A stretch of 34,953 nt of DNA from Vulcanimicrobiota bacterium (GCA_034666325.1 JAXDMB010000307.1:1-34953); one strand, 5' to 3'; shown: positions 9,736-19,596, numbered from the stretch's first letter. Numbers and translations are program-made. Notes: generated by a model not told the origin, from the letters alone.

Positions 9736-10161
9736 CTACGCGCGGAATGCGCGCTGCGACGCTTTCGGCGTCACGCACGTGCCGCGGGCGCGCACGACCA
9801 GCACCGGCTCGTCCAGCACGTCGGCCGCCGACGGCGATACGTCGGTGCGCGACGCGATCACCTTGTGCGCTTCGAACTCCATCGTGCGCGAGGTGTTGCC
9901 GGTGCGCGTGATGCGGCCGCGCGCTTCGATGTAGTCGCCGGCGTAGACCGGCGCCTTGAACTCCACCAGATCGTACGCGACGAACAAGCCTTCGTCGCCG
10001 TCGTGCCGGATCAGCAGCTCGGTCGCGACGTCGCCGAACAAGCCGAGAATGCGCGCGCCGTCCACGAGGTTGCCGCCGTAGTGCGCGTCGTGCGCGCTCA
10101 TCCGCAGGCGAATCAGCACCTCGCCGGCGGACGGGGCGACATCGCCGCTGCCCGGCGTCAC
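9736..10161 (-). CDS. kal: Hotdog-fold 3-aminobutyryl-CoA ammonia-lyase-like protein
   Basis: [62 protein letters not shown]......GNTSR.MEFEA.KVI is characteristic of Kal. The GTG at 10161 overlaps the mazG stop. Confidence 0.88.
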   Translation of the reverse strand: MTPGSGDVAPSAGEVLIRLRMSAHDAHYGGNLVDGARILGLFGDVATELLIRHDGDEGLFVAYDLVEFKAPVYAGDYIEARGRITRTGNTSRTMEFEAHKVIASRTDVSPSAADVLDEPVLVVRARGTCVTPKASQRAFRA

Positions 10162-11348
10162 GCCGCCGTCTTCGCCTGCTGCCACAGATCCTCGAGCTCG
10201 TCCAGCGACATGTCGTTGAGCTGCTTTCCGCCCGCGATCGCATACGCTTCCATGTAGCGGAAACGCCGCTCGAACTTGTCGTTCGCGTCGCGCATCGCGC
10301 CTTCGGCGTCGATGCCGAGCCGGCGCGCGAGGTTCACCACGGTGAAGATGACGTCGCCCAGCTCTTCGCGCACGTGCGGGTCTTCCGGCTTCAGATCGCC
10401 GGCGCGCAGCCGCGCTTCGGCGAGCTCGCGCAGCTCTTCGGACAGCTTCTCGGTGATGTCGCGGGCGTCGGTCCAGTCGAACCCGACGCGCGCCGCTTTC
10501 TCCTGCATCTTCTGGCCGCGCTGCAGCGCCGCCATGTGCTTGGGAATGCCGTCCAGCTTCGACGTGCGCTTCTGGCCGACGGCCTCTTCGGATTTGAGCT
10601 GCTCCCAGTTGGCCCACACCGCGTCGACGTCGGCGACCGCGACGTCGCCGAACACGTGCGGATGGCGGCGGATCATCTTGTTGGACAAGCCGTCGATCAC
10701 GTCGGCGACCGAGAAGCGGCCGCGCTCGGTCGCGAGTTGCGAGTGGAACACGATCTGGAACAGCAGATCGCCGAGCTCTTCGCACAGCTCACCGTCGTTG
10801 CCGTGCTCGATCGCGTCGACGACCTCGTACGTCTCCTCGATCAAATAGCGCACCAGCGACGCGTGCGTCTGCTCGCGGTCCCACGGGCACGAGCGCCGCA
10901 GCCGCGCCATGATCTCCACGAGATCGTCCCAGGTGTGGTGCGTGGAGCCCGGCGGCAGCGGGATGAGCGGCATGGTGATCGACGCGGACAGCGTCGCGCG
11001 CGGCATGCCCGGAATGATCTCCGCGTCGACGCCGCGGCGCTCGAGCGCGCGCAGCAGGATCGGCAGGCCGAGGAAATCGGACAGCGGGTTGCCCAGCACG
11101 CCGAGCCCGAGGTCGCGGTGGTCGACGCGCTCGACGAACCCGTCGATCACCTCGCTGGAACCGCGCATGAACAGGCCTTGATCGGATATGAACGTGCGCT
11201 CGATCGCGACGCCGTCGCTTTCCAGAAAGCGCACGAGCTCCGGCGGCGCGAGCACCGTCGCGGCGCGCCCCACGGCGCGCAACGACTCGCGGCTGCCCAG
11301 CGTGAGCAGGCCGGGGTCACCCGGTCCGAGGCCAACGATGCGAATCAC
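10158..11348 (-). CDS. mazG: YabN-type tetrapyrrole methylase-like/MazG nucleoside triphosphate pyrophosphohydrolase
   Basis: N-terminal [13 protein letters not shown]; MazG domains [12 protein letters not shown]...EETYEV...EELGDLL...[11 protein letters not shown] and EELGD...N.KFERRF. GTG at 11348. Confidence 0.94.
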   Translation of the reverse strand: MIRIVGLGPGDPGLLTLGSRESLRAVGRAATVLAPPELVRFLESDGVAIERTFISDQGLFMRGSSEVIDGFVERVDHRDLGLGVLGNPLSDFLGLPILLRALERRGVDAEIIPGMPRATLSASITMPLIPLPPGSTHHTWDDLVEIMARLRRSCPWDREQTHASLVRYLIEETYEVVDAIEHGNDGELCEELGDLLFQIVFHSQLATERGRFSVADVIDGLSNKMIRRHPHVFGDVAVADVDAVWANWEQLKSEEAVGQKRTSKLDGIPKHMAALQRGQKMQEKAARVGFDWTDARDITEKLSEELRELAEARLRAGDLKPEDPHVREELGDVIFTVVNLARRLGIDAEGAMRDANDKFERRFRYMEAYAIAGGKQLNDMSLDELEDLWQQAKTAA

Positions 11349-11365
11349 GGCCGTGCGAGGGTTCG

Positions 11366-11395
11366 CGAGGCGGGGTCGTTCCGACTCCCGCCTCG
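11366..11395. other. Intergenic GC-rich stem-loop between prsA and mazG
   Basis: CGAGGCGGG-GTCG-ttc-CGAC-t-CCCGCCTCG inverted repeat, no U-tract. Confidence 0.55.
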
Positions 11396-11401
11396 GCCTG
11401 T

Positions 11402-11418
11402 CCTGAGCCCGTCGAAGG
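11402..11418 (-). repeat. Short dispersed REP-like motif, copy 1
   Basis: CCTTCGACGGGCTCAGG, 12 nt after the prsA stop; 15/17 identical to 26967-26983. Confidence 0.45.
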
Positions 11419-11430
11419 GCGTGGCGGGTG

Positions 11431-12450
11431 CTACTTGGTCGCGGCGGGCGCGGGAGCTGCGCTCGCCGGGGCTGCGCTCGCAGGCCCCGCACTCGCCGGC
11501 GCCGCACTGGCCGGCGCGGCGGCGCCGCTGGCCGCTGCGCCCGGCGACGGAACCGGCGGCGGGAACGCGTCCTTGTAGCGGTCGTCGTACACGTCGATCT
11601 TCGCGGTCTGGCGCAGGCTCGCGACGAACGCCGGCGCGGCTTGGCCCTGCTGCTGCTGCGTGAGCGTCGTCTTGATCTGGTCGTGCGCGCTCGCGAACGT
11701 CGCCTTCTGGGCCGGCTTCTTGTCCACGACTTGGATGATGTGGTAGCCGAACGGCGACTTCACCGGACCGACGATCTGGCCGACCTTCGCGCCGAACGCC
11801 GCGTCCTGGAACTGGGGCACCATCTGACCCCGGCCGAAGTAGCCGAGATCGCCGCCCTTGTCCTTGGAAGACGGGTCGGTGGAGTACTGCTTGGCGAGCG
11901 CGTCCCAGTTGCCGCCGGCCTTCACCTTCGCGAGCACTTGCTTCGCGACGTTGGGGTCGGCCACCAGGATGTGGCGCGCCTTGACCTGCTCGGGCTTGTC
12001 GAACAGCTGGTGGTTCTTGTCGAAGTACGCCTTGAGGTCCGCGTCGCTGACGTGGATCTGCGGCGCGACGGCCTTCTCGAGCACGATCTGGCCCTTGAGG
12101 ATGTTCTGGACGTCCTGCTCCGTGTAGCCCTGCTGCTTGACCATCGAGTCGAACTGGCCCGCCGGATACTTCGCCTTGATCTCGGTCTCGCGCTTGTCGA
12201 TCTCGGCCTGCGTAACGTCGACCTTCTTGTCGCGCGCGTACTGGTCGAGCAGCGTCTGCTGCACCATTTGGGACAGCACTTGCTTGGCGGCGGCGCTCGA
12301 CTCGAGCTTGCGGTCGAGGTCGGCGCGGCTGATCGCCTGGCCGTTCACCGACGCGACGTTGCCGCCGCCCGAACTGTTGGCGCACGCGGCGAGTGAGAAG
12401 CAGAGCGCGGCCGTGCCGAGTGCGGCGGCGGCGCGGAGTATTCGGGACAT
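11431..12450 (-). CDS. prsA: PrsA-type parvulin peptidyl-prolyl isomerase/foldase lipoprotein
   Basis: Lipobox SLAAC, VKARHILV, LAKQYSTDPSSKDKGGDLGYF..GQMVPQF, PVKSPFGYHII. Confidence 0.93.
   Translation of the reverse strand: MSRILRAAAALGTAALCFSLAACANSSGGGNVASVNGQAISRADLDRKLESSAAAKQVLSQMVQQTLLDQYARDKKVDVTQAEIDKRETEIKAKYPAGQFDSMVKQQGYTEQDVQNILKGQIVLEKAVAPQIHVSDADLKAYFDKNHQLFDKPEQVKARHILVADPNVAKQVLAKVKAGGNWDALAKQYSTDPSSKDKGGDLGYFGRGQMVPQFQDAAFGAKVGQIVGPVKSPFGYHIIQVVDKKPAQKATFASAHDQIKTTLTQQQQGQAAPAFVASLRQTAKIDVYDDRYKDAFPPPVPSPGAAASGAAAPASAAPASAGPASAAPASAAPAPAATK
11461..11520. repeat. Four imperfect 15-bp tandem units encoding the A(A/G)PAS repeat tail of PrsA
   Basis: gctcgccggggctgc/gctcgcaggccccgc/actcgccggcgccgc/actggccggcgcggc. 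Confidence 0.7.
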
Positions 12451-12567
12451 CGGATCTCCGTACAGGGGGGACGACGTGAAAAGAGCGGAGGCCGTTGCCC
12501 ACCGCGCGACCTGCCCCGGATTCGGGGCACGGCCTTCCCCTCCTCCGGATCGCCTTTCCGGCGCCGG

Positions 12568-13110
12568 CTAGTCCTGCGGCAGCTCCCCGCGGGCCGGCGT
12601 GCGCTTCTCGAGCTCCTTGGCGACCTCGTGCGGGTTGGTCGGCAGGGTAAGCTCCTGGGCCTCGCGGTCCTCGCGGTTCTCCACCTGCGGCATGTCGTAG
12701 CGCAGCTCTTCCAGCAGCTGGATGATCTTCGCGGCTTTGCGCTCCGCGAGGATGCTGATCTGCAGGTGCAGTCGCGAGCGCTGCTCCTCGATCTCGCTCA
12801 TGCGGTTCTCGGTCGTGAGGATGAGGATCGTCATGAGCAGCGCCGCCAAGCCGATCACGCCGTCGAGCCAGTAATATGGCGGCGGATCGATTTGCGGCCG
12901 TCCGCTCAGGGCGAGGGCCGCATTGATCGCGATCCAGATCGCGACGACCACCAGGATGACGCCGACCGTGCGCGGGCGGCCGACCAGCAGTGTGAAGCGC
13001 TCGATGGCGCGCTGCTGCAGCGACGCGCCCGCCAGCGCTTTGCGCTCGAGCTCGGCCGTCGACTCGATGGCGTCGTCGATCTGGCCCGGGAGTCTCTCGT
13101 CGCGCCGCAC
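12568..13110 (-). CDS. DUF1003-type membrane protein
   Basis: Two TM helices around DPPPYYWL, ILILTTENR, LQISILAERKAAKIIQLLEELR; start approximate. Confidence 0.8.
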   Translation of the reverse strand: MRRDERLPGQIDDAIESTAELERKALAGASLQQRAIERFTLLVGRPRTVGVILVVVAIWIAINAALALSGRPQIDPPPYYWLDGVIGLAALLMTILILTTENRMSEIEEQRSRLHLQISILAERKAAKIIQLLEELRYDMPQVENREDREAQELTLPTNPHEVAKELEKRTPARGELPQD

Positions 13111-13198
13111 CTTACGGCATACCCGCTCGCACGCTGCCTGCCACGCGCGTCCGCCGCCACAGGGGAAGCGGCACGCCGTGCGGCGGATCGACTGCGCG

Positions 13199-14788
13199 AT
13201 GAGCGAGCCGGTGCTGCTGGTCCTCGGCCTCGCGGCTGCGGTCGCGTTCGCGATCGTTTCCAAGCGGTTCTCGCTGCCGTACCCGATCGTGTTCGTGCTG
13301 GCCGGCACCGCGCTCGCGTTCGTGCCGGGGCTTCCGCCCGTGCGCATCGCGCCGGAGTGGATCTTTCTGTCGATCCTGCCGCCGCTGCTGTTCAGCGGCG
13401 GCTGGTCCACCGATCTCACGTTGTTCCGCGGAAACTTGCGATCGATTCTGCTGCTCGCCGTCGGGCTGGTCGTCCTGAGCACGGTCGTCGTCGCGCTCGT
13501 CGCGCACCGCATCGTTCCGGAGCTGACGTGGCCCGCGGCGTTCGTGCTCGGCGCGATCGTGTCGCCGCCCGACGCCGTCGCCGCGATCGCGACGTTCGAG
13601 CGTTTCGCCGTGCCGCGGCGCATCGTCGCGGTGCTCGAAGGCGAGGGGCTCGTCAACGACGCGACGGCGCTGGTGATCTACCGCTTCGCGGTCGTCGCGG
13701 CGGTCGCCGGCGGGTTCTCGCTGGCCGGCGCGGCGGGCGCGTTCGTGATCGTCGCGCTCGGCGGGATCGCGGTCGGCGTCGCGGTGGAATGGTGCGTCGA
13801 GCGGCTCGCGCGCGCGCTCAACCGGTTCGAGCTGAGCGACTCGCTCATCGACAACTTGATCATCATCGGAACGCCGTACGCCGCCTATCTCGGCGGCGAG
13901 GCGCTGCACGTGTCGGGAGTGCTCGCCACGGTGGTCGCGGGAACGCTGCTCGGGCGGCGTTCGCCGGTCGTGTACTCGCCCGAGACCCGGCTTGTCGGCG
14001 AGAACGTGTGGGCGCTGTGGATCTACGTCATCAACGCCTACGTGTTTCTCGCGATCGGGCTGCAGCTGCGCGGCTTCGTGCAGAGCGCGGACGCGCGCGC
14101 GCTGTTGCCGGCAGCGCTCGCGATCAGCGCGCTGCTGATCGTCGTGCGCATCGGGTGGGTGTATTTCGCGAACTGGCTTCCGCGCGCGCTGTTTCCGCGG
14201 CTGCGCGAGCGCGATCCGTTCCCACCGTGGCAGAACGTGGCGCTGGTCGCTTGGACGGGCATGCGCGGGATCGTGTCGCTCGCCGCGGCGCTCGCGCTCC
14301 CGCTCACCGCGGCGAACAGCGCGCCGTTTCCGGGCCGCGACGCGATCGTGTTCATCACGTTCGTCGTCATCTTCGTGACGCTGGTGGGCCAAGGACTCTC
14401 GCTGATTCCGCTCGTGCGGTGGCTGCGGCTGGGCCGCGACGAGGGCGACGGCGACGCGCGCGAGATCGAGGTGCGCGTGGCGGCGCTCGAAGCGGGCGTG
14501 CGCAAGATCGACGAGCTCGGCGCGCGGGAGCTGACACGCGAGGAGCGCGAGGTGCTCGAGCGCCTGCGGGACGAGTACGTCCACCGCATCGAGCACCTGC
14601 GCTCGCACGCCACCGGCGCCGGCGAGGACGAGACCCCGGCCAGCCGCTTCGACCACGAAGCGCAGACCGCAGCGCTGCACGCCGAGCGCCGCGCGATCAG
14701 GGAGCTGCGCGACGGCGGGGAGATCCCCGACGACATCTTCCGCAAGGTCCAGTACGACCTGGACCTCGCCGAGACGCGCTTGTTCTAA
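13199..14788 (+). CDS. CPA1 family Na+/H+ antiporter (YjcE/NhaK-like)
   Basis: LPPLLFSGG, GAIVSPPDAVA, LEGEGLVNDATALV, VSGVLATV, GMRGIVSLAAALALP. ATG at 13199. Confidence 0.93.
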   Translation: MSEPVLLVLGLAAAVAFAIVSKRFSLPYPIVFVLAGTALAFVPGLPPVRIAPEWIFLSILPPLLFSGGWSTDLTLFRGNLRSILLLAVGLVVLSTVVVALVAHRIVPELTWPAAFVLGAIVSPPDAVAAIATFERFAVPRRIVAVLEGEGLVNDATALVIYRFAVVAAVAGGFSLAGAAGAFVIVALGGIAVGVAVEWCVERLARALNRFELSDSLIDNLIIIGTPYAAYLGGEALHVSGVLATVVAGTLLGRRSPVVYSPETRLVGENVWALWIYVINAYVFLAIGLQLRGFVQSADARALLPAALAISALLIVVRIGWVYFANWLPRALFPRLRERDPFPPWQNVALVAWTGMRGIVSLAAALALPLTAANSAPFPGRDAIVFITFVVIFVTLVGQGLSLIPLVRWLRLGRDEGDGDAREIEVRVAALEAGVRKIDELGARELTREEREVLERLRDEYVHRIEHLRSHATGAGEDETPASRFDHEAQTAALHAERRAIRELRDGGEIPDDIFRKVQYDLDLAETRLF

Positions 14789-14881
14789 CCGGGCAAGAAG
14801 CTGGTCGCGCTCCTCGGCTGGCCGATTGCACGCTGTGCAGCCGCGCGGCGCAGACCTCTTCCTTTGGTGGCGCGGATAGGT

Positions 14882-14887
14882 TAGAAT
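14882..14887 (+). promoter_or_regulatory. Putative -10 box for a leaderless emrB-like transcript
   Basis: TAGAAT 6 nt before the GTG at 14894; no Shine-Dalgarno sequence. Confidence 0.5.
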
Positions 14888-14893
14888 GCCGCG

Positions 14894-16447
14894 GTGACCA
14901 ATGGGGCGGCGCGGGCGTCGAAGTCCTATTTGCGTCTCGTCACTATTGCCGTGCTCATCCCGAGTTGGATGGCGCTCATAGACGGGACGGTAGTTAACGT
15001 TGGGCTCGACACGATGGCGGGGAATCTCGGCGCCTCGATCGACGAAGCGTCGTGGATCTCGTCGATCTACGTGCTTGCCGGCATCTTCGTCATGCCGCTC
15101 ACCGGCTGGGTGGCGACCAACCTGGGCCGCAAGCGGGCGTTTCAGTACGCGGTCGTCTGCTTCACCGCCGGATCGCTTTTGTGCGCGATGGCCGGTTCGC
15201 TGGAGCAACTCGTCGCGATGCGGTTCGTGCAAGGCATCGGCGGCGGGCTGCTGATGCCGCTCGCGATGGCGGCGCTGGTCGACGCGTATCCCGCCGAAGA
15301 GCTGTCGTCCGCGTTCAAGGTGTACGGCGTGTCGGTGATGGCGGGGCCGGCGCTCGGGCCCGCGCTGGGCGGCTGGATCCTGTCGAACGCGACGTGGCCG
15401 TGGATCTTCCTGATCAACGTTCCGCTGGGCATCGTGTCGCTATTCCTGATCGGCGCGGTCGTGCGCGATCAGAGCGAGCGCGGCGAGCGAAGCGCCTTCG
15501 ACTGGGGCGCGCTCACGATCATGGTCGTCGGGTTCGCGGCGCTGCAGTACGTCGTGCAAGAAGGGCCGCGGCATCAGTGGTTCGCGTCGTTCGACGTCAC
15601 GCTCGCGGCGGCGGTCGCGTGCACCGCGCTGTTCATTTTCGTTCGCATGCAGCTGCGCGCCGCGGTGCCGCTCGTCGACTTCAGACCCGTCGCGATCCCG
15701 TCGTACGCGGTCGCGATGGTGCTCGCGCTCATCACGGGCGTCGGCTTCACCGGGACGGCGCTGATCGCGCCGCTCTACATGCAAGACGTGTTGCGCTACG
15801 GACCCGACATGGCGGGGTTCGTCATGGTCCCGAACGCGGTCGGCGTGATCATCGGCACCGAGATATCCGGGCGGCTCAGCAAATGGGTGCCGGCGGGCTG
15901 GCTGTCGGCGGTAAGTCTCGCGCTGTGCGCCGGCGGTACGTTCTGGTTCGCTTTTCTGGGCGACCGCCCGGGGTTCGATCACGCTCTCATGCCGCGTTTC
16001 ATCCAGGGATTCGGCGTCGGGCTGCTCTACGTGCCGCTGAACGTGCTGATGATGTCGCAGGTGCCCAAGCGCCTGGTCGACGCCGCGTCGGGCCTCGGCG
16101 CGCTGACGCGCCAGGTGAGCGCCGGACTCGGCTTTGCGATCCTGGGCACGCTGATCGTTCAGAACCGGATCGCGGCGACGTCCTTGACGGCGAGCCGCGT
16201 GCGCCACGCGACGCTGTTCAGCGATCCGGGACTCGTCGCGATTCAGCGCTGGTTCGCGGCCCACGGGTATTCGAACGGCGACGCGTCCGCGCTGTCGATG
16301 CCGGTCCTCGGCGAATTGGTCGCGCGCGCCGCGACGTCCGCGGCGTACTCCGAGACGTTCTTCATCGTCGCGATCCTGTTCGTCGTGTCGATCCCGTTCT
16401 TGCTCCTGTTCAACCTCGTTCCGCGAAAGGCAGCCGACCCCGTATGA
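14894..16447 (+). CDS. DHA2 family (EmrB/QacA) MFS efflux permease
   Basis: DGTVVNV, WISSIY, MPLTGW..NLGRKR, RFVQGIGGG, GPALGPALGGWI...WPWIFLINVPLG. Confidence 0.92.
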   Translation: MTNGAARASKSYLRLVTIAVLIPSWMALIDGTVVNVGLDTMAGNLGASIDEASWISSIYVLAGIFVMPLTGWVATNLGRKRAFQYAVVCFTAGSLLCAMAGSLEQLVAMRFVQGIGGGLLMPLAMAALVDAYPAEELSSAFKVYGVSVMAGPALGPALGGWILSNATWPWIFLINVPLGIVSLFLIGAVVRDQSERGERSAFDWGALTIMVVGFAALQYVVQEGPRHQWFASFDVTLAAAVACTALFIFVRMQLRAAVPLVDFRPVAIPSYAVAMVLALITGVGFTGTALIAPLYMQDVLRYGPDMAGFVMVPNAVGVIIGTEISGRLSKWVPAGWLSAVSLALCAGGTFWFAFLGDRPGFDHALMPRFIQGFGVGLLYVPLNVLMMSQVPKRLVDAASGLGALTRQVSAGLGFAILGTLIVQNRIAATSLTASRVRHATLFSDPGLVAIQRWFAAHGYSNGDASALSMPVLGELVARAATSAAYSETFFIVAILFVVSIPFLLLFNLVPRKAADPV

Positions 16448-17838
16448 GCATCGTCGCGGACGAAACGACCGAAGAACGCATCAGCAGCGGCGCAAGAGGG
16501 ATCGGGACGAAGGCCAGCGTGGTCGCATCCGCCGTGAAGCTGCCGGCTCCGCGCCCGCCGTGGCTGCGCATCGCGGCCTGCGCCGCCGTCGCCGCCGTCG
16601 CGCTTTACTTCGGCGGGCACTGGCTGCTGGTCGACCGCCACCGCGTCTACACGGACGACGCGCTGATCGACACGAACCAGGTGTTCGTCACGAGCCGCGT
16701 CGCGGAGCGCGTCGCCCGCGTGGTGGTCGAAGAGAACCAGTTCGTGCGCCGCGGGCAGACGCTGGTGGTGCTCGACGACGCGAACGAACGCGCGGCGCTG
16801 GACCTCGCCGAGCAGAACCTCCGCTCGCTGCGCGCGTCCGCGAACGCCGCCGGCGATGCGGCCGCGCTCGAAGGCCAGCTGCAATCGGCGCAGGTGCAAG
16901 AGCAAACCGGCGGCGTCGACGCGGCGCGCAAATCGGCCGCCCTCGCGGAATTGCAAGCCACCGCGGCGTCGCGCGGCGTGGCGGTCGCGCAAGCGCAAGT
17001 CGCGTCGGCACGGTCGCAGCTGTCGTCCGCGTTAGCGGCCGTGCCGGCCGCGCGCGAGACGCTGCGCAAGGCGCAGGCGGACCGCGAGCGCTTCGACGCG
17101 CTCGCGCGCGAAGGCTATGTGGCGCCGGCCACGCAGGAAGCCGCGGTCGCGACGGTCGCGCAAGCGCGCGCGGCGGTCGACGCGGCGGTGGCGCAGAGCG
17201 AAGCGGCGGCCGCGTCGGTGCGCATGGCGCAAGCCGCGCTCGAGCAGCAGCGCGCGAACGCGACGGCCGCCACGAGCGGGACGTCCGCGTCCGCGGCGCA
17301 GATTCCGATCGCGCAAGCGAAGACCGCGGCCGCCGCCGCGCCGTCGCGGGTCGCGAACAAACGCAACACCGCCGCGGCGGCGGGCTCGCAGGCCGACGCG
17401 ATGGCGGCGCAAGTGCGCATCGCCCAGCTCGCGCTGCGCGACACGCGCATCGTGGCGCCCGTCGACGGCTGGGTGTCCGCACGCAACGCGGAAGAGGGCC
17501 AAACGCTCAACGCGGGCCAAGCCGTCGTGACGATCTCGCCGGCGAACCGCATCTACGTCACCGCGAACTACAAGGAGACGCAGATCAACCGCATCCGGCC
17601 CGGCATGCCGGTCGAGATCTCGGTCGACGCGTGCGGCGGCGCGAAGGTTCGCGGCACCGTCGTCGGCTTCGCGCCGGTCGCGCAGAACGCGCTGTCGTCC
17701 ATGCCGTCGCTGTCGGCGCCGACGAACTTCGTCAAGGTGACGCAGCGCGTGCCCGTCCGCATCGCATTGCCGCGCGCAACCAAGACGTGCGTGTTCCGGC
17801 CGGGAACGGCAGTAGAGACGTCCATCCTTGGCGACTGA
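16444..17838 (+). CDS. HlyD/EmrA family membrane fusion protein
   Basis: ATGA overlap with the permease; one TM, TDDA, lipoyl half-motifs (V.ENQFVRRGQ.L; I.APVDG.V), long Ala-rich coiled coil, ANYKETQ, NFVKVTQRVPVRI. Confidence 0.92.
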   Translation: MSIVADETTEERISSGARGIGTKASVVASAVKLPAPRPPWLRIAACAAVAAVALYFGGHWLLVDRHRVYTDDALIDTNQVFVTSRVAERVARVVVEENQFVRRGQTLVVLDDANERAALDLAEQNLRSLRASANAAGDAAALEGQLQSAQVQEQTGGVDAARKSAALAELQATAASRGVAVAQAQVASARSQLSSALAAVPAARETLRKAQADRERFDALAREGYVAPATQEAAVATVAQARAAVDAAVAQSEAAAASVRMAQAALEQQRANATAATSGTSASAAQIPIAQAKTAAAAAPSRVANKRNTAAAAGSQADAMAAQVRIAQLALRDTRIVAPVDGWVSARNAEEGQTLNAGQAVVTISPANRIYVTANYKETQINRIRPGMPVEISVDACGGAKVRGTVVGFAPVAQNALSSMPSLSAPTNFVKVTQRVPVRIALPRATKTCVFRPGTAVETSILGD

Positions 17839-17986
17839 GAACACGGTCGTGTTGCTCGGCGACGCGGAAGCTTCCGGCGGCGATCGCGCGAGCACCGTTC
17901 GCACAGGAGTTCAGGCGGACGTCGGTAATCCGTGCGGCGATGGGCCGCGTCAGGAGCACCGGCGGCTTCCGCCACGAAAGCACGTC

Positions 17987-19465
17987 GTGCTGAAGGCCGC
18001 CGAGCACGCTCTCACGCTCGAACGGTTCTACGAAATCGCGACCGAGGGCAGGCGCGCGGAGATCGACGCCGCCCTTGCCCGCTTCCCTGCGTCCGAACGC
18101 ATCCGCAATCCGATCGCCATCGGCCTGCGCGCGATGAAGTCCGTGAGCGACGGCGACGTTCCGGGCGCGACGGCGCTGCTGAAGCGCGCCACAGCGCACT
18201 GCGGCGGGCGAGAACGCCAATATCTGCTGGAACTTCTCACGCCGCTGCTCCTCAACGCGAATCGAATCGACGAGACCGAAGAGGCACTCGCGGCGACCGA
18301 CGACAGCACGCCCGAGCTCGCGCCGGCTTTCATGGCAACGCGCGCCATCGTCGCGGCACGGCAAGGGAACGACGCGGCGAGCGCGGGGCCGGCGCGCGAA
18401 CCGCTCGACAAAGGACGGGCGGTCGAAAATCCGGCGATCGTCTGCCGCGTTCTGAACCGAACCGCGATGGCAGCGTTCTATCGCGAGGACTTCGACGAGG
18501 CCCAGGACCGCGCGCTGGAAACGGCGCGCTGGTACGAGCGGTTCGAAGCGCATCGAAACGCCGCGATGGCATACTCCCTGCTCTATCTGCTCGCGAACGA
18601 CTGGGTCGGCGACCCCGACGTGGCGCGCTATTACGCACGGCGCATCACGATGAGCGCGCACCTCGGCGAAGACGCCTCGATGGAAAACTACGGCCTTCTC
18701 GCGCAGCTCGATATCGCCGCGGAAGCGGGCGACGTACGCCGCTTCACGTCCCTGCGCGGGCGGCTTCTTTCCCGGCCATTGAACGAACAATACCGCGAGC
18801 GCTACTCGGCGACGATCTCCGAGGTGTTGTCCATGGGCTGGGCTGGGCGTTTCGACACGGCACGCGTCGCGCTCACGTCGCTGCGGCAGACCGAGTCGCT
18901 TTCGCTGGCCGAACGCGCGCTGTGCGACGCGCTTCTCGCCGTCGCGGCACTTTCGACTTGGCACGTCGATCTCGCTCGCCGTATCGCGCGCCGAACGATC
19001 AGCGAAACCGCGGAGCGCTCCGGCAGCGAGCCCCTCTTCGACGCGCGGCGCCGCAGATATGCACGAATTCTGGCCGCCGCCGTGTGCATCGTCCTCGGCG
19101 ATACCGTTCGCGGGCGCCGCGCGCTTTCGCGAACGGTGGATCCGGAGCAGCGGTTCGCGGCGATCGTCGGCAACGACGGGATCGACATGGACCGGGTCCC
19201 GCCGATGATGCGCGGGTATGCGCTGTTCTTGAACGAATCGTGCCGCGCGGCGAATCTGGCCCGCCCGGCGTATACGCTGACCGGCGCCGAGATCGAGGTT
19301 CTCAAGGCGCTGCCGACCGGCATGACGCTTGCGACGATCGCCTCTTCGCTAGGTAAGTCGAGGAAGACGGTCGAGCGTCAGGTCGGGAACATCTACGCGA
19401 AGCTGCACGTCGCCAACCGCGCTCAGGCGATCCAGCGCGCACGCGACCTCGGTATCTATACCTGA
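17987..19465 (+). CDS. Helical-repeat (TPR-like) sensor domain fused to a C-terminal LuxR-type HTH regulator
   Basis: C-terminal LTGAEIEVLKAL..G.T...IA..LGKSRKTVERQVGNIYAKLHVANRAQAI; Ala/Leu-rich helical N-terminal ~430 aa with no receiver or Walker A motif. Start uncertain (17828 TTG or 17987 GTG). Confidence 0.85.
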   Translation: MLKAAEHALTLERFYEIATEGRRAEIDAALARFPASERIRNPIAIGLRAMKSVSDGDVPGATALLKRATAHCGGRERQYLLELLTPLLLNANRIDETEEALAATDDSTPELAPAFMATRAIVAARQGNDAASAGPAREPLDKGRAVENPAIVCRVLNRTAMAAFYREDFDEAQDRALETARWYERFEAHRNAAMAYSLLYLLANDWVGDPDVARYYARRITMSAHLGEDASMENYGLLAQLDIAAEAGDVRRFTSLRGRLLSRPLNEQYRERYSATISEVLSMGWAGRFDTARVALTSLRQTESLSLAERALCDALLAVAALSTWHVDLARRIARRTISETAERSGSEPLFDARRRRYARILAAAVCIVLGDTVRGRRALSRTVDPEQRFAAIVGNDGIDMDRVPPMMRGYALFLNESCRAANLARPAYTLTGAEIEVLKALPTGMTLATIASSLGKSRKTVERQVGNIYAKLHVANRAQAIQRARDLGIYT

Positions 19466-19480
19466 ACTAAATTTTCCGAA

Positions 19481-19503
19481 AAACCGCGATACGGCGCGGG
19501 TTT
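19481..19503 (+). terminator. Possible weak terminator hairpin after the LuxR gene
   Basis: AAACCGCG-atacgg-CGCGGGTTT imperfect inverted repeat, short U-run. Confidence 0.3.
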
Positions 19504-19512
19504 GCGGCGGGA

Positions 19513-19557
19513 ATGAGGCGTTTGCCCCATGCGCCGGGGCGCCCCCGGAGATATGCT
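19513..19557 (+). promoter_or_regulatory. Putative activator box (18-bp inverted repeat) plus -10 element
   Basis: ATGAGGC-gttt-GCCCCAT (19513-19530, 6/7 arm match) and TATGCT (19552-19557); box centre about -42 from the inferred +1. Confidence 0.55.
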
Positions 19558-19596
19558 CTGTCCACTTCCGCTCGTCATTCGAAGAGGGCTTTTATC

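Noticed and set aside
11461-11520. Tandem repeats as a possible CRISPR or VNTR element
   Set aside because: They are degenerate 15-bp coding repeats without spacers and encode the PrsA low-complexity tail.
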